From: Fistulifera solaris
Taxonomy: Eukaryota
Reading direction: 5' to 3'
Length of the DNA: 64,000 bases
Assembly (NCBI GenBank): GCA_030295235.1
Contig: AP026149.1
Coordinates: 186,001 to 250,000 of the forward strand
Shown: one piece after another, positions 11,265 to 21,625 of the stretch
Position numbering within the stretch: the first letter of the stretch is position 1
How the letters are laid out: each line of letters begins with the position of its first letter
Made by a program: the position numbers and the translations under genes
Notes under the pieces: model-generated
What the model saw: only the letters and a program-made list of their open reading frames with translations
Database searches by the model: none
What the model was told of the DNA's origin: nothing

Positions 11265-12518
11265 ATGACAAGTGCTGGGCACGACAATGAGCCGATGCGT
11301 CCGTTAAAGACGAAACCCTATTCACGTAAAACGTTTCTCACCAGCTTGGCGGCTCTTTGTGGACCACCCAAGGTCACGTTTGATCCAGGCAATTTGATAC
11401 CTGACCCGCACGGTTTATTGCTTTCGGTCGGATTGAAAGCACGGTTGATTGCGCAAGCGGGAAGTCCCGTACCCTACCAGAGTGGAACCCAATCCTCCTC
11501 ACCCTTCCACGCTTTACCGGATTTTGGTGCCACTTTTCGGGACACACGTCCTGAAAATCCCGGAGGATGGATTTATGTCAGCAACAGTGAAGTGCGACAA
11601 CCGTGGTATCAGGGCGGTGTCGGTGCCATTACGTTCAACTCGCGCGGCGAAACGATCGATTATCGGATGATTTTGACTAACACCACGGCGAATTGCGGCG
11701 GTGGCGTGACCCCGTGGGGAACCTACGTGACGGGAGAAGAATATCGCGAAGGTGTCTTTTGGCAAGTGGATCCCACCGGACAGCGTCCGTCGGAAAAACT
11801 CACGGTTGGCATTGAAATGGGAGTCTATGAATCCTTTGCCGCCGATCCGATACGCAATCAGTATTTTATTACCGAAGACACATTGGCGGGTCCCGTCCGA
11901 CGATTTGTTCCATCGATTAACGACCCCAGCGATCCTTGGAAATCAATGCACGGACCCGGTACGACCACCTATCTAACAATGAATGCGACATCGGCTCAAG
12001 AAGGGACCTACGCCTGGATCTCGAGTAAAAGTGCCGCACGGCCCTACGCGCAAGCATTCTATCCCTTCAGTGAAGGCATTGATGTCCACGGCGACCAACT
12101 TTACTTTGTTTCGAAAACGCTCATGACGGTCTATGTGTTGGATCTCGCGGGAAATACGTACACGAGCTTTTCGACGCGACAAGGCTTATTTCAAGGTCAA
12201 CCCGATCAACTCATACAATTCAAAGATCGTCGTGATGCACAAGATATCATGTTCTTTTATACCGAAGATGGGGACACGTCGTCCGGAATTCATGCGCGCA
12301 ACACGGACGGTGAAGTTTTGACGATTCTCGAAGGGCCAACCTATTCGCCGGAAACGACGGGTTTGGCCTTTTCGCCCGACTTCAAACGGATGTACGTGGC
12401 CTTTCAAGTTGATGGTGTTTTGTTTGAAGTGATGCGAGAAGATGGATTGCCATTCACGGCGCGGACCTTGAATGTACGATATCATAGCAGTAGCAATAAT
12501 GTGAATGATGTGCGATAG
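11265..12518 (+). CDS. phoX: PhoX-family (DUF839) alkaline phosphatase, copy 2, intact ORF without TM anchor
   Basis: Same motifs as copy 1 (GGWIYVSNSE, NCGGGVTPWGTYVTGEE, ETTGLAFSPD); colinear tandem paralog. Confidence 0.88.
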   Translation: MTSAGHDNEPMRPLKTKPYSRKTFLTSLAALCGPPKVTFDPGNLIPDPHGLLLSVGLKARLIAQAGSPVPYQSGTQSSSPFHALPDFGATFRDTRPENPGGWIYVSNSEVRQPWYQGGVGAITFNSRGETIDYRMILTNTTANCGGGVTPWGTYVTGEEYREGVFWQVDPTGQRPSEKLTVGIEMGVYESFAADPIRNQYFITEDTLAGPVRRFVPSINDPSDPWKSMHGPGTTTYLTMNATSAQEGTYAWISSKSAARPYAQAFYPFSEGIDVHGDQLYFVSKTLMTVYVLDLAGNTYTSFSTRQGLFQGQPDQLIQFKDRRDAQDIMFFYTEDGDTSSGIHARNTDGEVLTILEGPTYSPETTGLAFSPDFKRMYVAFQVDGVLFEVMREDGLPFTARTLNVRYHSSSNNVNDVR

Positions 12519-13025
12519 AGATTGATGGAAGAATCGATGCGCTCGAGGGAACCATCTTCTTGAACGTAAGAGACTAAAAAATAGATTGTAACCATACTAG
12601 AGATGAGATAGAAAACCGAACATGTTCTTTCATTGTTAGTCTAGGTTTGAGACTTACCGGATACCGGTAGATACGATTATGACCCTAGAGTTCTGATTTT
12701 GTTTGTACCAGGTACCGCTGCGATCGCAAACGATTGGTGTTGATGACGCCCGACGCGAGACAAAAAAAATCATTTGCAATACAATTTGACGAGGAAGTTT
12801 ATTACCAGGTATCGTCAACAATCATAGCCAACGCGTCAGTCTTTACTGTATCGTATTCATTCGTTGCATCGCTGTATTTCCTTTTATCGACGAGAATAGC
12901 GGGGATCTGGTTTTGTAGAAATACTTATTACAAATTTCGTAAAGAATAGAGACGTCAATCTCTTGTCTAACATAAATACTCAATAGCAAGGTCTCCCTCG
13001 AATACCAATTTAACATTGCTGAACG

Positions 13026-13499
13026 ATGGGACGTCGAGCCAAGAAAGCACCGGTAAGCTTGCTTTTTAGTGACTACTGTAAGGCATTCCATGACGACAAA
13101 AACGCTCATCGCATTTCTACTTTACAGGTGGTGACGAAAAAACGCCCGAAACTATCCAAAAACTTCAAATGCCCGTTCTGTGCCAATCAAGATACCGTCG
13201 AATGTAAAATGGATTTCAAAGCCGGCATTGGGTCGCTGTCGTGTCGTTTGTGCAGTGCCGCCTTCCAAATGCCCATTCATCATTTACACGAACCGGTCGA
13301 TGTGTTTTCGGAATGGCTCGATGAATGTGAAGCCGCCCAGAATCCTCCTCCGGCACAATATGCCGACGACGATGATGACGAGGATGATGATCTTCCCGAA
13401 AGTTCGGGATTGGCAACGAAGAAGCCGGCCGCGAGTGCCAATTATGCGGATGACATTGTCGATGTAGGGGACTCGGAAGATGATGACGACGATGAATAG
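13026..13499 (+). CDS. ELF1: Transcription elongation factor Elf1 (Zn ribbon plus acidic tail); intron 13053-13127
   Basis: MGRRAKK, FKCPFCAN..VECKMD...CRLC, EPVDVFSEWLDECE; GTAAGC...TACAG intron. Confidence 0.93.
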   Translation: MGRRAKKAPVSLLFSDYCKAFHDDKNAHRISTLQVVTKKRPKLSKNFKCPFCANQDTVECKMDFKAGIGSLSCRLCSAAFQMPIHHLHEPVDVFSEWLDECEAAQNPPPAQYADDDDDEDDDLPESSGLATKKPAASANYADDIVDVGDSEDDDDDE

Positions 13500-13769
13500 T
13501 GGGTAGGGGGCACTGTATGCATTTCAAAACGCCTTGCGGTTGAATGAACAGAAAGCTATATTGTAGAGACGAGACATACATCGAGAACAATGTATTGTGA
13601 GAAAGAACGGAAATTTCAGATCCACGGCCAATCTAGGTGTTCTATAACACAGCTAGCATCAGGACTTTTTCCCGTTTTAATGATGTAGGTGTGCGGAACG
13701 ACTGAGGGCGAGGGCACATTCTTGGCAAAACCAATTCGTTTATTATTATTTTACTCTTTGTAGATTATT

Positions 13770-15149
13770 CTAAAACAGATCCGTGCATTCTTCTCCGCAA
13801 TCTTGCAAAGCTCGACTCACTCGGTCGGCTTCCTTCTTCAATTCATTGACATGCGCCGTCATCCAATCATACGTCCGTTGCAAACGTTGCTCCGTGTTGA
13901 CACATCGCAACGACCAGGCCAAGTCGGAGGACTTAACGTAGTGGTCCGTGGCCAAGACAGCTACAAAACTGAAGACTTCGTAGTAATGCTCTTCGGAAGC
14001 ACAACGCTTCGGACTGTAATACGGTGCTAACTTTTCCAACAAGACCTGCGTCATCTCTTTCAATCCTGTTAGCGAAAATGCCGACGATCCGAGTCCGTAG
14101 TTCTCTGTATGTGACAAGGGACCGTTGATGTTGTTGGGCCTTTTTATTGATGATTGGGACAACACAGTACTACTATCACGATCCTTCTGTTCGACGGGAG
14201 ATCTCGCTTTCTTCCTCCTGGTCTTGCTCTTCTTTTTCGGTTTTTCGAGCTCGAGCTCGTCTTGCATGGCCTCGCCGAACAATAAGCCAAGACCATCGTG
14301 ATCTTCCAGGTCCAGACGTTTCTTGTCGGCAGCCTTCTCCAAGCGTGCCTTGGCCGCTTTTATACCCGCCACGAGATTGCGACGATCCTGGTGCAGCCAT
14401 TCAACTTGATTGGCGAGACGACCCATTTTAGTGACAGAGTGTGTCGGAGACGCTGCCTCATTGCTGAGCCTATCAATAATCAATGAAAATTGGGCCACGA
14501 TGACATTGACGGGAGGTTCGTCGTCATCATCTTCCGACAAGGTGAGTAAATGTCCTTCATCATCCATTTGCGCCAAATGCGTCGGAACTTGGTACAAGAA
14601 TTCTTTCAACACTGCTCGGCCGACTCCCACGAGACGCACTTTAGCTGTATCAATCATCGCACGGGTCCCCGCGATCGATTCCATGAAATCCGAATTGTCG
14701 TCGGTCGCATCAATACTCCCGGACGAAGACGATACTCCTACTACCGCCGCAATCGTAGCATACCGTCCCTGTGATCCAGGATGGCTCATATCATTGGTTT
14801 GATCCAAAATTGCCACGAGAGGTGCTTCCGAAATGCCACTTTGGTTGTTTTCTGTCAGGAGATGCTGTTGATGTCGATAAAAGGATTCTTCCAGTGATTG
14901 CCATTGCAGCGGTGTGGGTGTTGTCAAGGTCATTTCGGCACCGATCATGAGGGACGGTTGATTCAGAAACGGGCCCATAACGGGTAAGGTAGGAAGCGTG
15001 GCTGGCTTCTGGGTCGACTGTTCACTGTGTTTATCATCTTGATACTGCAAACGAGTTGGAACGGGTTTCGTAGCAATAATGCTATGAAATCCGGTAATAG
15101 GCTGTAGGAAGGCAAAGAAGAAGGGAAAGAACGGTGGCAGCCGTGTCAT
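13770..15149 (-). CDS. Putative plastid-targeted protein, possibly with a split Lon N-terminal (substrate-binding)-like domain
   Basis: 459-aa ORF; signal peptide plus ITG|F; VRLVGVGRAVLKEF and LRCVNTEQRL resemble LonN segments (weak, by eye). Confidence 0.5.
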   Translation of the reverse strand: MTRLPPFFPFFFAFLQPITGFHSIIATKPVPTRLQYQDDKHSEQSTQKPATLPTLPVMGPFLNQPSLMIGAEMTLTTPTPLQWQSLEESFYRHQQHLLTENNQSGISEAPLVAILDQTNDMSHPGSQGRYATIAAVVGVSSSSGSIDATDDNSDFMESIAGTRAMIDTAKVRLVGVGRAVLKEFLYQVPTHLAQMDDEGHLLTLSEDDDDEPPVNVIVAQFSLIIDRLSNEAASPTHSVTKMGRLANQVEWLHQDRRNLVAGIKAAKARLEKAADKKRLDLEDHDGLGLLFGEAMQDELELEKPKKKSKTRRKKARSPVEQKDRDSSTVLSQSSIKRPNNINGPLSHTENYGLGSSAFSLTGLKEMTQVLLEKLAPYYSPKRCASEEHYYEVFSFVAVLATDHYVKSSDLAWSLRCVNTEQRLQRTYDWMTAHVNELKKEADRVSRALQDCGEECTDLF

Positions 15150-16106
15150 TGCGATAGAACACAGGAGAAATTGCTGGATAAAGATTGGTCAAAGGATTAT
15201 TACGACAGAGATCAACGCCGCGGCAAAGGATGCTATTGATTGTATCCAGCGCTTCACTCAAGAGTTAAGGGAGAAAGAAAGAATCAACACTATCCGATAC
15301 AAAGCGAAGACTCCTCTCTGAATGACCTGTCCATCCATCGAGCTATTCAATCAATCAAGAAAAGTAAAGTTCGAAGATCGTTCTTCTTTTTCTCGTTTGC
15401 GAACTATTTTTCAATGTTCCTTGGACGGTTGCACAGACTGACCAGCTACAAATTTTACGAAAAGATACCAGGTACCTTTTGCGGAAGTGACGTCAAGTAT
15501 GAGCCAATGGGAAGAAGCCATTTTGTGCTGACGTCGGCAAAGGAGCCGTCAGTGACTAAATGAATAACGCGGGACAGCTTAATTTCTGTCCATGCGGTCA
15601 TGCGCTTGCGTCATGCGATCGAGCTCAAAGCTCAAAGGGTTTTCACAAGCGTGCTGGGAAACTTCTTATTAGAGACTAGAGATCTTTCATCCACCCGCCT
15701 CTATTCGCTCAAAGCAAAAGGGTTAAGTAGAAAACAAAGGGGTTAATAGAAGAAACAAAAAGTGTCTTGAAAGGCCGTTTCAGTCACTGCTCCCAACGCG
15801 CTTCCTTTTTAATGACACTGGTACCGGTCCCTGGCCTGGTACTGTAATGCAAAGACGTAATGTTTTTAGATTATGGGCAATAAATGAAAAGGATTGATTG
15901 TATCTTAGTATCCAAGACATTTTTGGGGCAGACATAAGGCACAGGCACAGCGAAATCCCTTCACTTCCAGAGTCCCTCACCCATCACCCATGCATCACGC
16001 ATCACGCCTCTCCTCATTCATTATTTTCCTTTTTTTGTTACCATTCAATGGGGATTGACAGTTGGCGCTCGTGCTTTAATTTCGAACTACTCCCTTACTC
16101 AGCACG

Positions 16107-16832
16107 ATGAACAGCAATAACGAAATAAGCCGAACGAGTGCTCAGCCCCAGCTTCGAGAAAAACTGTCCCATGAGTTTCACTATGCTGCTCCGAATCTTC
16201 GCATTGCCAGTCCTGTCTCAAGTCCGGCAATGCGAGCACGCAAGAACTTGATCAGCAGTATGCTCAAGACAAGTTTTCACTCCAAGGTTATGGAGGATCA
16301 CACGGCTCACACGGCGAGCTCGTCCGGATCTGATCCACATTCGTCTCCCACGTCGCCACGAAAGAAGGGTTTGGCGTCGAGTATGCACTCGCTGCCAACG
16401 AAGGCTATGAAACTGTTCAACGAAAAACGCTCTTTATCACCTCTCAAAATAAAGCGATCAAAACAATACTCCAGTTACGTAAATGAGGAGTCTGTATCCA
16501 ATCTGGCGTTGCAGGATGCCTCATTGTCTCTCGAAACGCACCCACCACCCAACAAATCGCTCAATTTGGACCAAACCATCGATGAAGAGGACTCGGTTAC
16601 GGATGATGAATCATTGCATGTTCATGGCGTTCGCCGTACATTTCTGCCGTACGGTCACTACATGATTAATCAGGCCGATCCGAATACAATGTGGGTCTCC
16701 TCCGCTAGAAGCGTCCGTCCGCATTTGGAACTAAACATCACACGAGACGATAATCCTTCGATGATGCGCCATGAACCGTCGTCTCGACAAAAAGGCGCCC
16801 AGTACGATCCAAATCGTTACGATTCGGCTTGA
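16107..16832 (+). CDS. Hypothetical Ser-rich, probably disordered protein
   Basis: 241-aa ATG ORF, no recognisable domain. Confidence 0.55.
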   Translation: MNSNNEISRTSAQPQLREKLSHEFHYAAPNLRIASPVSSPAMRARKNLISSMLKTSFHSKVMEDHTAHTASSSGSDPHSSPTSPRKKGLASSMHSLPTKAMKLFNEKRSLSPLKIKRSKQYSSYVNEESVSNLALQDASLSLETHPPPNKSLNLDQTIDEEDSVTDDESLHVHGVRRTFLPYGHYMINQADPNTMWVSSARSVRPHLELNITRDDNPSMMRHEPSSRQKGAQYDPNRYDSA

Positions 16833-16980
16833 AAGAAATGCCGAGTAAAGACGTTTCATCCCTGAAAACTCCTCGAAGACATCGAAGAAGGAGATCGATC
16901 GAATAAAACCCGCGTAATCTCTATCTTTCTGATTTTTATTGTAAATATTAACGTTAAGATTTCCTTTGCCGGATATTCTT

Positions 16981-17907
16981 TTATTGTTGTACCGACTTAA
17001 CGTAACCCGCCATTCCATTCCCAAGAGTGATTTTTACGTAACTGGTAGCATTGAGTTTCTTTTTCCGTGTACGTTCACTGATATTGACCATCGCTCTATA
17101 GGCGTCCATTTTTCCGTCTTTGACACTCTCAGCTTCGTCTTTGGTATCTCTGATGTTTATTTCCTTATTCTTCGAGGGCGTTCTCTTGGATCCCCTCTTC
17201 TTCCTTGTTGTACTTGGTTCTGTCGCAAATTCCTCATGGGACGATGATGAAGTTCCAGTACTTTGTAAACTGTGCATGCTGTTGCTCAATTCCGATGGCC
17301 GACTGCTGTGTCGACTATTAACCAACAAATCGCTTTCCAACAGATCGGATTCGTAGCTGATGGATCGAGGCACACCACGAACCGGTTCTGGTCGGCAATG
17401 CACATTTTCACAACGGACCGGTACATGCTCATCGTAACTTTTCGACCGAGATACGCGACGGACCGGTGGGCTGTTCGCCTCTGGACGACGAGAACTTCTC
17501 CGTTCATGACAAGGACCGGCCTCGTAACTTTTCGATCGAGCCACGCCTCGGACAAGATCCGGCTTTCCGGGGCGACTTCGTTCCAAGTTTCGAGTGAAAG
17601 GATCGTGAGACTCGCAGCTCTTGGACCGAGAAAGACCACGGACGGGTTCACGCCGTTGCGGATGGTTGAACCCATGGGAAGGAGCACCAGGAGTGTGTCT
17701 TGAATAATATGATTCTGATGTGTGACTTTCCAAAGAGCCGATACTATGAGTCGATGAGTCAAAACTGATCGTTTTGGGAACTCCTGGAACCGGTTGCGTG
17801 TCATAACTTGAAGGGTGGTTGATGGATGGTTGTACGCAATCAATGGCAATCGCGCCGCCGGCTTTGCTGTAGTTCATCGTTCGTTCTCGAGGAGTCATGT
17901 CTGCCAT
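16981..17907 (-). CDS. Hypothetical Ser/Arg-rich protein with four VRGxxRSxSYE-like repeats
   Basis: 308-aa ATG ORF; repeats VRGLSRSKSCE, VRGVARSKSYE, VRRVSRSKSYD, VRGVPRSISYE. Confidence 0.6.
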   Translation of the reverse strand: MADMTPRERTMNYSKAGGAIAIDCVQPSINHPSSYDTQPVPGVPKTISFDSSTHSIGSLESHTSESYYSRHTPGAPSHGFNHPQRREPVRGLSRSKSCESHDPFTRNLERSRPGKPDLVRGVARSKSYEAGPCHERRSSRRPEANSPPVRRVSRSKSYDEHVPVRCENVHCRPEPVRGVPRSISYESDLLESDLLVNSRHSSRPSELSNSMHSLQSTGTSSSSHEEFATEPSTTRKKRGSKRTPSKNKEINIRDTKDEAESVKDGKMDAYRAMVNISERTRKKKLNATSYVKITLGNGMAGYVKSVQQ

Positions 17908-18349
17908 TGAAGATGTGTTTGGCGTGTTTGTGGGAATGAAAGGAGAGATTTGAACCGATGCAATGCGAATATAAAAATGGTTAACGATGGCGTCTTTTTT
18001 TGTGGCTTTCTTTCAGACGGAAAACGAAAAGTTAGAATGGTTTGCTGTTTGATTCTGGTTGGGCTAGGCCCAAAGGGCTTTCTGATCAAGGCGTTACCGG
18101 TGCGTCATTAAGGTCTTCATCTACTTGAAACAAACAAGACTGACTTTAACGATACTATGATTGATTGTGTAGACGAACTCCGATGGAGGTCTTTGTGGAG
18201 GAGGGTCGTCGTGTCTTCATCAACGCCTCAGTTGATCAAAACGTTCCAAAAGGAGGTCTCTGTCATACACTTTCTTTTTTCTTTATCATCGCATTACTGG
18301 AACGGTTTCATGTTCTACCAGCGGATTTTATAGTATTCCGAGTGCGAGA

Positions 18350-18895
18350 ATGGCTAGTAACGCGACATTGTTCGAAAATAAAATCAAAGACAAACTCGGT
18401 ATCCGTTGGATCGATGCTCGCCGGTTGGTACAAGATGCACAAACACAGTTAAACATTTCCGATGATCAATTAGTCGAAAATGAAGATGAAATTATGCTGG
18501 CTGTACTCAAAACCTTTGTGGCTTTACCGAAAGAAGAGCAAGAAGCGCTACGACGAAAAAAGGTGGAAGCGGCGGAAGAACCAGAATGGAAACGAAAAGC
18601 ACGAGAACAAGCTGAAAAGAGAGAACGCGAATGGGAGGCACAGGCGGCGGCCGAAAAAGCGGCACAAAATGCGTCTCAAAAATCAGAAACAGAAACAACG
18701 CCTTCAGAACCGACCATGACTACCATAACACGTGGCCCCGAACAAGAAATCCATGGACCGAAGAAAGTCGTCAAGGTGACGAAAACGGTCAAACACAACA
18801 ATGGTGACATTCGAACGGTTGAAACGACCCGGCACGAATCGCTGGGGCCTTCAGTGACAGTGACACATAGGAAAGTGTGTTGTGTTGTCATGTAA
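18350..18895 (+). CDS. Hypothetical coiled-coil protein with C-terminal CaaX box (CCVVM)
   Basis: 181-aa ATG ORF; charged helix EWKRKAREQAEKREREWE; ends ..HRKVCCVVM*. Confidence 0.7.
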   Translation: MASNATLFENKIKDKLGIRWIDARRLVQDAQTQLNISDDQLVENEDEIMLAVLKTFVALPKEEQEALRRKKVEAAEEPEWKRKAREQAEKREREWEAQAAAEKAAQNASQKSETETTPSEPTMTTITRGPEQEIHGPKKVVKVTKTVKHNNGDIRTVETTRHESLGPSVTVTHRKVCCVVM

Positions 18896-19080
18896 ACGAG
18901 TTTCTTTTGGAAATCTCTTTCAACATGCTGGGCGAAATCGCTCTTAGCACTTTCGCGGAGTTGGGGTTTTGTCTCCAACTTGTAGACGAGCATGTGCTTT
19001 CATGTACACCAACCACTATTACCCCAGCTTTTGAAACACTCAAACTACTACAGTTGAGTAATCATTCTAAATCTTGTTAA

Positions 19081-20145
19081 TTACTTACTTCGGTATTCAT
19101 CAATCATTTCCCTCGACCACTGACAAAATAATTCGTACGTGACAAAGGTGATACAAGTATTCGGTATCACTCGTACTAAACTGACGGGCAATCCCGCATA
19201 AAATCCGGCCCATCCTTCCTTGGCATAAATCTGCCGACACGTAGGAACAAAACCATTTTGTGAACGAGCATCCATCATACGACTCCGAATGACTTCATGG
19301 GGATATGTCAGTACACAGGCCGTCATTTTACTCAACGCGCTGGCAATCATTACATGGAAAGCTGTATTGCGACTTTGATTTTGGCGCAACATTCGCTTGA
19401 GGCGTTCGTAGACCGGAAACTGTACTCCGACATGGGACAATCCCAGCATGTTCGCCGTCATGCCTCTCCAGAAAATCAAATAATTCCCACCCGACTCCCG
19501 CAAGAGAGAACGAGCCGTGGCGACAATACTCTTCGGAACACCACCCCCGTGTAAAAAATCGGTTTGAATCCGTGTTCGAATAACAAACAAAGGATTGCAC
19601 AAAACATCGCTGACGGCTCCGGCCGACACGGCCGCACCCATATGAATGATCGCTGTACTGTATTGAGGATATGCACTGGCACCGTGCCGTTTCAAATCAT
19701 TGTACACGGGGACTTTTTCGTGCGTTCGAACGATAAGGAAGAATCATCAGCCCAAAGCCTTTTTTACAAGTCAAAATCATACGGGCGACGCCGATGTGAC
19801 TTACAATACACTCCCAAAACGCCGGCACCGTAATTAACGTCGCTCCCAATCCCCGAAAACAACCTCTCCATCCTTCTTTGGCGACAATTTCTCGAATCAT
19901 TTGCGGTATGATTTGGACAGCGCCCATTTGACCGCGTCGCTCCCCCCACACTTGCAAACGCGTGCGGACCAAATCGAGGGGTGCACACGTAATACTGGCC
20001 AATGCACCACTTCCGGCCCCCGCTAGAGACTACTATATAGATGAACATAATCACGGGGTGCGACGGGCAGTGAGTGTTTGCGATTTTGTTTCAAAAAATG
20101 ATGATTGCTGGTGGTCACATCCGACGATGTCGAAGGTGTTGTCAT
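19081..20145 (-). CDS. Mitochondrial carrier family protein, NAD+/folate carrier (NDT1/SLC25A32-like)
   Basis: Three PxD/ExxK/RxR signatures (PLDLVRTR, PLFVIRTR, PHEVIRSR), GLSHVGVQFPVYE; intron ~19713-19804; indels at ~19813 and ~20027. Confidence 0.88.
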
Positions 20146-20656
20146 ATTCGTTTTGTTTTGAGCGATGAATGGATTTCGTCTCTCGTCACGGATCTCTCTC
20201 TTTCTATCAATAAAAAAACTACTCCGTATTTCTTGTTTTCGCCACTTTACAATTGTCTCTTCATCGTTCGCATAAAGCAAATCATCATCATATTATTATT
20301 ATGATGTCAAAGTCACTTGTGAGGAAAAAAAAAAGACGCATTCGAAATAAAGAAAGAGCAAAACGACGAACGTTCGAATCGACTGTATACGTTTATGATG
20401 TAATGAACTATTTCTACCAGTGCTCCAAAGTCCTTCCGTCTACCGCTTTCGGACTAGACGCGTGCCGTACTCGTGACCCGATGTCACCACCCGTGATCGC
20501 GTTCTCGCGAAATTTTTGGCTTTGTTTTATTCTGCGTTTTTGACGTGAAACTGCGACAAGCAACAGATTGATCATTAAACTTAAAAGAAGATAGAGATAG
20601 AACGATACTACTCATCAGAAAAAAGTTCAACAGCGATAGAAACAGCTGGCTGCCAG

Positions 20657-20658
<2 letters not shown>

Positions 20659-20690
<32 letters not shown>
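20659..20690. repeat. (GA)n microsatellite
   Basis: About 16 GA units. Confidence 0.95.
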
Positions 20691-20692
<2 letters not shown>

Positions 20693-20848
20693 CGATGCAC
20701 GATTCAGTCATCTCGAAAACGGGTCTCATGGAAACGGCCCCACCGACCGTTTCCAGCACGAATCATCAAACGGCATTTGCCGTTGCACACGTTTATTTCC
20801 TTCACAACCGACACTCATCGCATACATACTCATATCAGTTAGAAAGAG

Positions 20849-21568
20849 ATGACTTCAACTGACTTCAACCGCAATGCAACGGAAGCTTGGTTTGTGATTG
20901 ACATTTGCACCCCTCCGGTCGAAGCAGACGAGGAAGAACGAAACACCGAGCACGTTCCCACCGATCACAATCATTTTTACTTTACAACAAAGAAAGATAC
21001 AAACACGACGTCGAACGAACCGCCCTTGATCGATGAACCGGTCATGGTGCCCGAGATCAGGATTCCATTCATGGTCACGGAGCGACCTCCGGTTCGGATG
21101 ATGCGTCCATCGACTCCGGAAATGAAGAAACAGTCAACGAACGTAACTCCCAAACTACCAACAAGGTGGGAGGAAGTTCTCTCGTCACTTTTACAAGACA
21201 ACCCCAACAGCGATGTCGAAGCTGTTTTTGCCATGGCTCTTCGTCGCGAATTGGCCTCTCCCGGAACAGGATTGTCATTCTTTGTCGCAAACCTTGCCAC
21301 GAATCCAACGATTCCCCCGGCCTGGTTTGCCATTCTGTATGAACGTATGGATTCGAATACGCAGAAGATCTTACTCTCTTTCCTTTCGGAAGAACCAGTT
21401 GCCAGTCTGAAAGTACCAAACACGGCACAACAAGGACTTTTCTTTGTCAATTGGCTTCTCTTCATTCTCGGCTGCCTGTTGACTCCTCTGTTCCTTTTAC
21501 TACGAAAATGGAATGAATCTCGTCATGTACAATCATGGGAATACGCAGATATCGAGGAACAGTACTAG
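20849..21568 (+). CDS. Hypothetical protein with C-terminal TM helix
   Basis: 239-aa ATG ORF; hydrophobic LFFVNWLLFILGCLLTPLFLLL followed by RK and a YADI tail. Confidence 0.6.
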   Translation: MTSTDFNRNATEAWFVIDICTPPVEADEEERNTEHVPTDHNHFYFTTKKDTNTTSNEPPLIDEPVMVPEIRIPFMVTERPPVRMMRPSTPEMKKQSTNVTPKLPTRWEEVLSSLLQDNPNSDVEAVFAMALRRELASPGTGLSFFVANLATNPTIPPAWFAILYERMDSNTQKILLSFLSEEPVASLKVPNTAQQGLFFVNWLLFILGCLLTPLFLLLRKWNESRHVQSWEYADIEEQY

Positions 21569-21625
21569 ACGAATCCTTACAAAAAAACTATAGAGATTGG
21601 ATAAAGCTATCGCGTCCTTGCATCA

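Noticed and set aside
11320..11365. Tat-like signal (SRKTFL...LAALC) on PhoX copy 2 as a relic of bacterial origin
   Set aside because: KTFL aligns with QNKTFL preceding the TM of copy 1; there is no twin Arg and no proper h-region, so it is better explained as the remnant of a deleted anchor
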